Position numbers and translations under genes: made by a program. From positions 1 to 64,000 of the IMG/VR virus record IMGVR_UViG_3300044738_000005: a stretch of DNA of 64,000 nucleotides; one strand, 5' to 3'. Shown piece by piece: positions 59,984-64,000 of this stretch (within the stretch, counting starts at the first letter, position 1; every line of letters begins with the position of its first letter). The notes below the pieces were generated by a model. That model did no database searches. It was not told the DNA's origin and was given only the letters and a program-made list of their open reading frames with translations. Source of the stretch: a virus. Its lineage: Duplodnaviria > Caudoviricetes.

Positions 59984-60390
59984 GGGGTCGGGGCGTGGTC
60001 CTTGTCGCCCGTCACGAGGTCGAGGTCAGGCACGATGGACTCGGGCCGGAAGATGATCTTCGTCCGGTACTCCGACACGTCCAGACCGTTCGGCTGCGTC
60101 ACGATGTAGGACACGTTGTCCGCCAGGCCCAGGAAGTGCTTGCGGTAGTCGTCCGGGCCGTGCTTACAGATCACCTGCAACTCGTCGCCCGGCCGCTCGA
60201 TGGAGCAGCGGCCCTCGACCTCGAACAGCACCTTGTCGGTGATGTTGTTGACGACGAGGATGTCGCGCTGGACGTTGAACTTCTCAGCCTCCTTGGAGAG
60301 GTTCTCCGACACCGTGTCGGCGTTGGAGCCGCACGCGCTGACCACGAGGGCCAGCGCGGCGACGATCCCGATGACGATGCGGCGCATCAC
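59980..60390 (-). CDS. Conserved phage lipoprotein
   Basis: Lipobox VSAC; AD.VS.NLS.EA..F.V.R.I...N.ITD...F..EG.CS. Confidence 0.85.
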   Translation of the reverse strand: MMRRIVIGIVAALALVVSACGSNADTVSENLSKEAEKFNVQRDILVVNNITDKVLFEVEGRCSIERPGDELQVICKHGPDDYRKHFLGLADNVSYIVTQPNGLDVSEYRTKIIFRPESIVPDLDLVTGDKDHAPTP

Positions 60391-60872
60391 GACAGCGACT
60401 CGATGGCGCGGTCGAACCAGGCCAGGATGCTCGCCTGGTCCTGATCGGCGGCGTCGTTGTAGCCGTAGATGATCGCCGTCGCCGTACGCGACGCGGCGGC
60501 CTTCTTACCGTCCGGGCGGGGGTAGCTGCTGCCGAAGTGCGCGTTGGGGATCGCGTCCACGAGCGCGGCCTCGGCCGCGTCGAGGGCGTCGCTCTCCGAC
60601 ACCACGTCGCGCGGGTAGCGGATCGGCTTCAGCGCCGTCGAGCCGTAGGACTGGCTCGGGTCGAGGGCCAGCGAGAGCGCGCCCGTCGCGCAGGCGCGAC
60701 CGGCGTAGTCGAGAAGCTGACCGGAGACCCAGCCACGCTGCGCGAGCGTGTTGCGGGCGGCGACGAGCAGGTTGCGTCCGGCCTCGCGCCGGGTCAGGTC
60801 GGTGATCAGCGTGTCAAGCTGGTCACGGGCAGCCTGAAGGGCTGCCAGGGCAGGGCTGGTGGGGTTGGTCAT
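60387..60872 (-). CDS. Actinophage DUF6197-like protein
   Basis: RGW..G......G.AC..GAL...YND......IL.WFDRA. Confidence 0.7.
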   Translation of the reverse strand: MTNPTSPALAALQAARDQLDTLITDLTRREAGRNLLVAARNTLAQRGWVSGQLLDYAGRACATGALSLALDPSQSYGSTALKPIRYPRDVVSESDALDAAEAALVDAIPNAHFGSSYPRPDGKKAAASRTATAIIYGYNDAADQDQASILAWFDRAIESLS

Positions 60873-60883
60873 GGTGGGTCCTC

Positions 60884-61003
60884 CTATCGTGCGGTGTACG
60901 GGGCCAACGCCGCGATCACGATGAACGTGATCACAGCGATGGAGAGCGCCAGCGCCACGTAGCGAACCACGTGGCGCTGGCGAGCGCGACGACCGTGCGT
61001 CAT
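60884..61003 (-). CDS. 39-aa single-TM peptide
   Basis: ATGA overlap; hydrophobic helix. Confidence 0.6.
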   Translation of the reverse strand: MTHGRRARQRHVVRYVALALSIAVITFIVIAALAPYTAR

Positions 61004-61695
61004 CCGGTGACGACGATCACGTCGCCGTGGATGCGGTCGGTGCGGAAGCGACGGAAGCCGCCGGAGTCGAGGTCCTCGCCCTCGATGTACTCGGAGTCAG
61101 CCTGGCCGACCTCGACGCGCCGCTGCCGGGGGAAGCTGTCGGCCTCGCCCTGGTAGAGGAACGTGACGGTCGTGCCGTACTCGACGGCCTCGGGATCGAC
61201 GGTCTCGATCTCCGGCTTGGGCTCGGCCTCGACGCGCGTGAGGCTGCGCGGCAGGTGGCCATCCTGCGAGCCCGAGAGCGTGCCGTCCGACAGCACGCGC
61301 TGGATCGGGACCCAGCGGTCCTCGATGCCGTGTACGGCGTTGGGATCGCGCTTGACGACCTCCCAGACGCTGCCGAAGGGGTCCTTCACGCGCTCGCCGA
61401 CCTTGAAGCCGTGGTAGCTCTCCGGCTCGGTCTCCGGCTCGGTGCTCGGGTCGAGGGCCGTGAACAGGTCACGGACGGCGGTAAGCGCCTGGCCCGCGAG
61501 GGTGTCGTCCTCGACGGAGGCCGCCAGGATGGACAGCGCGACCTTGCGCGCGACGGGAGGCGTGAAGCCGACCTGGGCCTGGTCCTCGTTCTCGATGACG
61601 GTGACGAACACCGTGTTGTCTCGGTCGAGGCCGATGCGGGACACTTCCAGCGTGTCGCCGTAGTTGTCCTTGAACTCTTCGTTGAACTCTGTCAT
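61000..61695 (-). CDS. Multidomain protein with a C-terminal WYL-like domain
   Basis: VTFLYQG...RQRRVEV...YIEGEDLDSGGFRRFRTDRI. Confidence 0.65.
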   Translation of the reverse strand: MTEFNEEFKDNYGDTLEVSRIGLDRDNTVFVTVIENEDQAQVGFTPPVARKVALSILAASVEDDTLAGQALTAVRDLFTALDPSTEPETEPESYHGFKVGERVKDPFGSVWEVVKRDPNAVHGIEDRWVPIQRVLSDGTLSGSQDGHLPRSLTRVEAEPKPEIETVDPEAVEYGTTVTFLYQGEADSFPRQRRVEVGQADSEYIEGEDLDSGGFRRFRTDRIHGDVIVVTG

Positions 61696-61711
61696 GGGAG
61701 TACCTCCTGCC

Positions 61712-62029
61712 CTACCGGGCGTCCTTGTTGGCGATCATGCCCGTGAGGGCGTCGATCTCTTGCTCGCGCTTGGCCGACTTGTTGTCGGCACCGGCGATCT
61801 TGCGGTCTCGGCGGATGCGGTCGATGTTCAGCGGGCACTCTTCCCACTCGCCCGCGTTGCGGATGGTGAAGCTAGTCCGGCCGGGCTCGCGCACGTGCAG
61901 GACGGGCTCGCCGTTGGTGGTTCCGCGCCGGATGCGCAGGTGGCCGTGGGACTTGGCGATGTCACGCGCGAGCTTGGCCGCCTTGACGACGGGAGTGTCG
62001 AGCGTGTGCCTCTTCTGGGTTCGGATCAT
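61712..62029 (-). CDS. Basic hypothetical protein (MIRTQKRH...)
   Basis: AAGGAGG RBS; TGC-TAGGCT upstream. Confidence 0.75.
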   Translation of the reverse strand: MIRTQKRHTLDTPVVKAAKLARDIAKSHGHLRIRRGTTNGEPVLHVREPGRTSFTIRNAGEWEECPLNIDRIRRDRKIAGADNKSAKREQEIDALTGMIANKDAR

Positions 62030-62067
62030 GTGGATGCCTCCTTGGGGGTGGATAGCTCCGAAGGAGC

Positions 62068-62376
62068 CTAGCAGGTTGGGCCGGGGATGGAAGGTCCGCC
62101 ACCTGACCGCTGATCTGCGGCCAGGGGCATGAGGTCTTGCGCAGCCTGAGCGAGCCGGGACGCGCCGTCCATGACGCGCTGAAGCGCCTCCTGACGCGCT
62201 GCCTCGCACCGTTCAGCGGTGGCCAGACCTTCGTCTAGATCGCCCTCGCGGCTCTGGTCCCACTCGTCGGCCTCGGCGAGCGCCTCGGCCAGGGGGTGCA
62301 GCGCCCCGGCCAGCAGGTCGTGCGCGAGTTCCAGCCTCTCATAGTCAGGGCAGGGGGTGCCGTTGGGGTAGGCCAT
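62068..62376 (-). CDS. Helical hypothetical protein (MAYPNGTP...)
   Basis: TGATG overlap. Confidence 0.65.
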   Translation of the reverse strand: MAYPNGTPCPDYERLELAHDLLAGALHPLAEALAEADEWDQSREGDLDEGLATAERCEAARQEALQRVMDGASRLAQAAQDLMPLAADQRSGGGPSIPGPTC

Positions 62377-62615
62377 CAGAGATCGAACAAGTGGTTGGAG
62401 CCGTCTTGACAAGTGACGATGCCGTCGTCCTGCCGGTCGGTAGCGAGCATGATGTTCGCCGTACCGCCGCGCTCGGCGCAGGTCTTGTCGGCGTTGCGCT
62501 GGATGCGCGGGCCGAGGTTGTGCAGCCAGGACTGGTTGGCCTGGAAGCCCTCGCAGCCGCTCACCAGAATGGTGAGCGGTACTAGCGCCACGAGAAGCCA
62601 CTTGCGGGAGGTCAT
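62376..62615 (-). CDS. Small lipoprotein
   Basis: Signal peptide with VSGC lipobox. Confidence 0.75.
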   Translation of the reverse strand: MTSRKWLLVALVPLTILVSGCEGFQANQSWLHNLGPRIQRNADKTCAERGGTANIMLATDRQDDGIVTCQDGSNHLFDL

Positions 62616-62803
62616 CGGTCATCCTCGATCCGGTTGTTATGGCAGATCGCCACCACGCCGAGGCCGACGAGGAAGGCGTCGGAGCCGGTGGGCACGTCGA
62701 GAATCAGATGGACCCCGACGTAATAGGACACCACGTCGATGGCAGTCATCAGCGCGTTGGCGATGACCAGCGCGATCCGGTCGGAGGCTGTGCGGCGCTT
62801 CAT
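62612..62803 (-). CDS. Small two-TM protein
   Basis: Hydrophobic; coupled. Confidence 0.7.
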   Translation of the reverse strand: MKRRTASDRIALVIANALMTAIDVVSYYVGVHLILDVPTGSDAFLVGLGVVAICHNNRIEDDR

Positions 62804-63096
62804 CGCTTGACTCCATCGACCATCGTGACTTCGATGCCCTTAGGGGGCGCGAGGTTGAAGATGGCCCAGCCGCCCAGGTGGGTGCCGCCGGTGCTTACGT
62901 GGCCCCAAGGACCGCGCTCCACGGGGATTCCCATGGAGGCCACGAGAACGCGCGTGGCCCCAAAGGCATCAGGGTACTCAGCCAGGAAGGAGTCCAGAGC
63001 CTCCTGGGGGTTCCGACCCCGGTACTTGCTACCGAGGCCGCCCTTGTTGTCGGCGTTCGTGCGGTCCATGTCCCAGATGCAGAACTGGTGCGTCAT
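62800..63096 (-). CDS. Hypothetical protein (MTHQFCIW...)
   Basis: ATGA overlap. Confidence 0.7.
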   Translation of the reverse strand: MTHQFCIWDMDRTNADNKGGLGSKYRGRNPQEALDSFLAEYPDAFGATRVLVASMGIPVERGPWGHVSTGGTHLGGWAIFNLAPPKGIEVTMVDGVKR

Positions 63097-63350
63097 CGCA
63101 CGATCACTCGGCCGTTGGCCTTGACCAGCGTGGCGGACCACTCCCGGTCGGCGTAGGGATCAGGGCCGCAGACCTCGATCTCGTCGCCCTCTTCCAGCGA
63201 TGTTGCCGGCAGATTGGGAGCGAGGCCGAAGTGCTCGGTGTCCTCGATCTCGACCTGGCGCGCGTCCTCATGCACGGCCCGCTTCAGGGCCGCCTTGGAG
63301 GGGGCGCGCTCGCCGTCGATGAAGATGCCCGCGAGGGTGCCCTCGGTCAT
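63093..63350 (-). CDS. Hypothetical protein
   Basis: P..SKAALKRAV...V.GP.PY..R.W.A pattern seen in small phage proteins. Confidence 0.75.
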   Translation of the reverse strand: MTEGTLAGIFIDGERAPSKAALKRAVHEDARQVEIEDTEHFGLAPNLPATSLEEGDEIEVCGPDPYADREWSATLVKANGRVIVR

Positions 63351-63643
63351 CGCAGAACCTCGGAGACAGGCACGATGGAGGCCACGCGGCGGGCGACGAT
63401 GCGCCCGACGTACGATCCGACATCGTGGAAGCTGTCGCCCTTGGCGATCAGCACGATGCCGCCTACCACGTCCTGGTCCTGGGGGCGGTAGGGGCTGAGG
63501 CGCTGCTCGGTTCGCACGTCGTAGACGTTGTTGCCGACCGACGTGACGATGTAGCGGTTCCTACGGGGCGGTGTGACCGTGAACGGCTGGCCCGCATCGT
63601 AGGCGGCCTCCTGCTCGGGCGTGAGGGTGAGCGTGCGCGTCAT
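63347..63643 (-). CDS. Hypothetical protein (MTRTLTLT...)
   Basis: ATGA overlap. Confidence 0.7.
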   Translation of the reverse strand: MTRTLTLTPEQEAAYDAGQPFTVTPPRRNRYIVTSVGNNVYDVRTEQRLSPYRPQDQDVVGGIVLIAKGDSFHDVGSYVGRIVARRVASIVPVSEVLR

Positions 63644-63993
63644 CCGACGACCTCCACGATCTGCGCGTTGTGGCCGACCTCGTAGGGGGCCAGCCCCTTC
63701 TTGCGCGTGTGGGAGTCGAAGCGCATGGCGAAGCGCGTGACGGAAGTGCTCACCGACTCGCACTCGATGACGGCTCCATCCTCGTTGCGCTTGATCTTGA
63801 CGAGCCCGGCGAGCGTGGCCGGGCAGCCGCAGTCGTCAGGGCCGAGGTAGTCGCCTCGGGCGCAGCGGGTGGTTGTCCGGCCGACCTCGCGCAGGGCTTC
63901 CTGCTGGTCAGTGGAGAGGCCAGGGCTCACGTTGGAGCCCTCGCGGATGCCGTCCTCGATGGCGGCCTGGAACTCGGAGCGGGAGAGGCGCAT
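63640..63993 (-). CDS. Hypothetical protein with a CGCP motif
   Basis: TGATG overlap with an upstream gene running off the window. Confidence 0.7.
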   Translation of the reverse strand: MRLSRSEFQAAIEDGIREGSNVSPGLSTDQQEALREVGRTTTRCARGDYLGPDDCGCPATLAGLVKIKRNEDGAVIECESVSTSVTRFAMRFDSHTRKKGLAPYEVGHNAQIVEVVG

Positions 63994-64000
63994 CAGGCCT

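Noticed and set aside
59980-60390. Recombination directionality factor, a label I recall being attached to this family
   Set aside because: It has a lipoprotein signal peptide, and no integrase or att site is visible in the window.

Overview
This window is most of a high-GC tailed dsDNA phage genome (siphovirus-type: HK97-fold capsid, long tape measure). The host is most likely an Actinomycetota member, inferred from the TANNNT leaderless promoters and the gene families. Layout: (1) 1-2000, GC-rich tandem repeats and four small leftward genes sharing a repeated RBS/start cassette. (2) 2001-2823, a palindrome-dense non-coding divergence region. (3) 2824-8637, a rightward unit with a collagen-like fibre, an alpha/beta hydrolase, a leader peptide, 28 tRNA genes covering all 20 amino acids and an rrn-type boxA. 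(4) 8705-12488, leftward C5 methyltransferase and ThyX genes. (5) 12707-39752, rightward virion and lysis genes, with a class II ribonucleotide reductase inserted in the head module. (6) 39809-57140, leftward terminase and replication/nucleotide genes. (7) 57398-64000, small leftward genes interrupted by a rightward membrane/collagen cassette. No integrase, reverse transcriptase or CRISPR array is visible. The most notable signals are: a ~121-bp non-coding element present as 96%-identical inverted copies 44.6 kb apart, with decayed copies near 2.2-2.7 kb; a group of tRNAs with a shifted, shortened D-arm plus two 8/4 tRNA-Ser; boxA inside the tRNA operon; a tail chaperone pair that needs a +1 shift at UUU-CGU rather than the usual -1; and pervasive leaderless promoters. 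All calls come from reading motifs and base pairing by eye; no searches were run.
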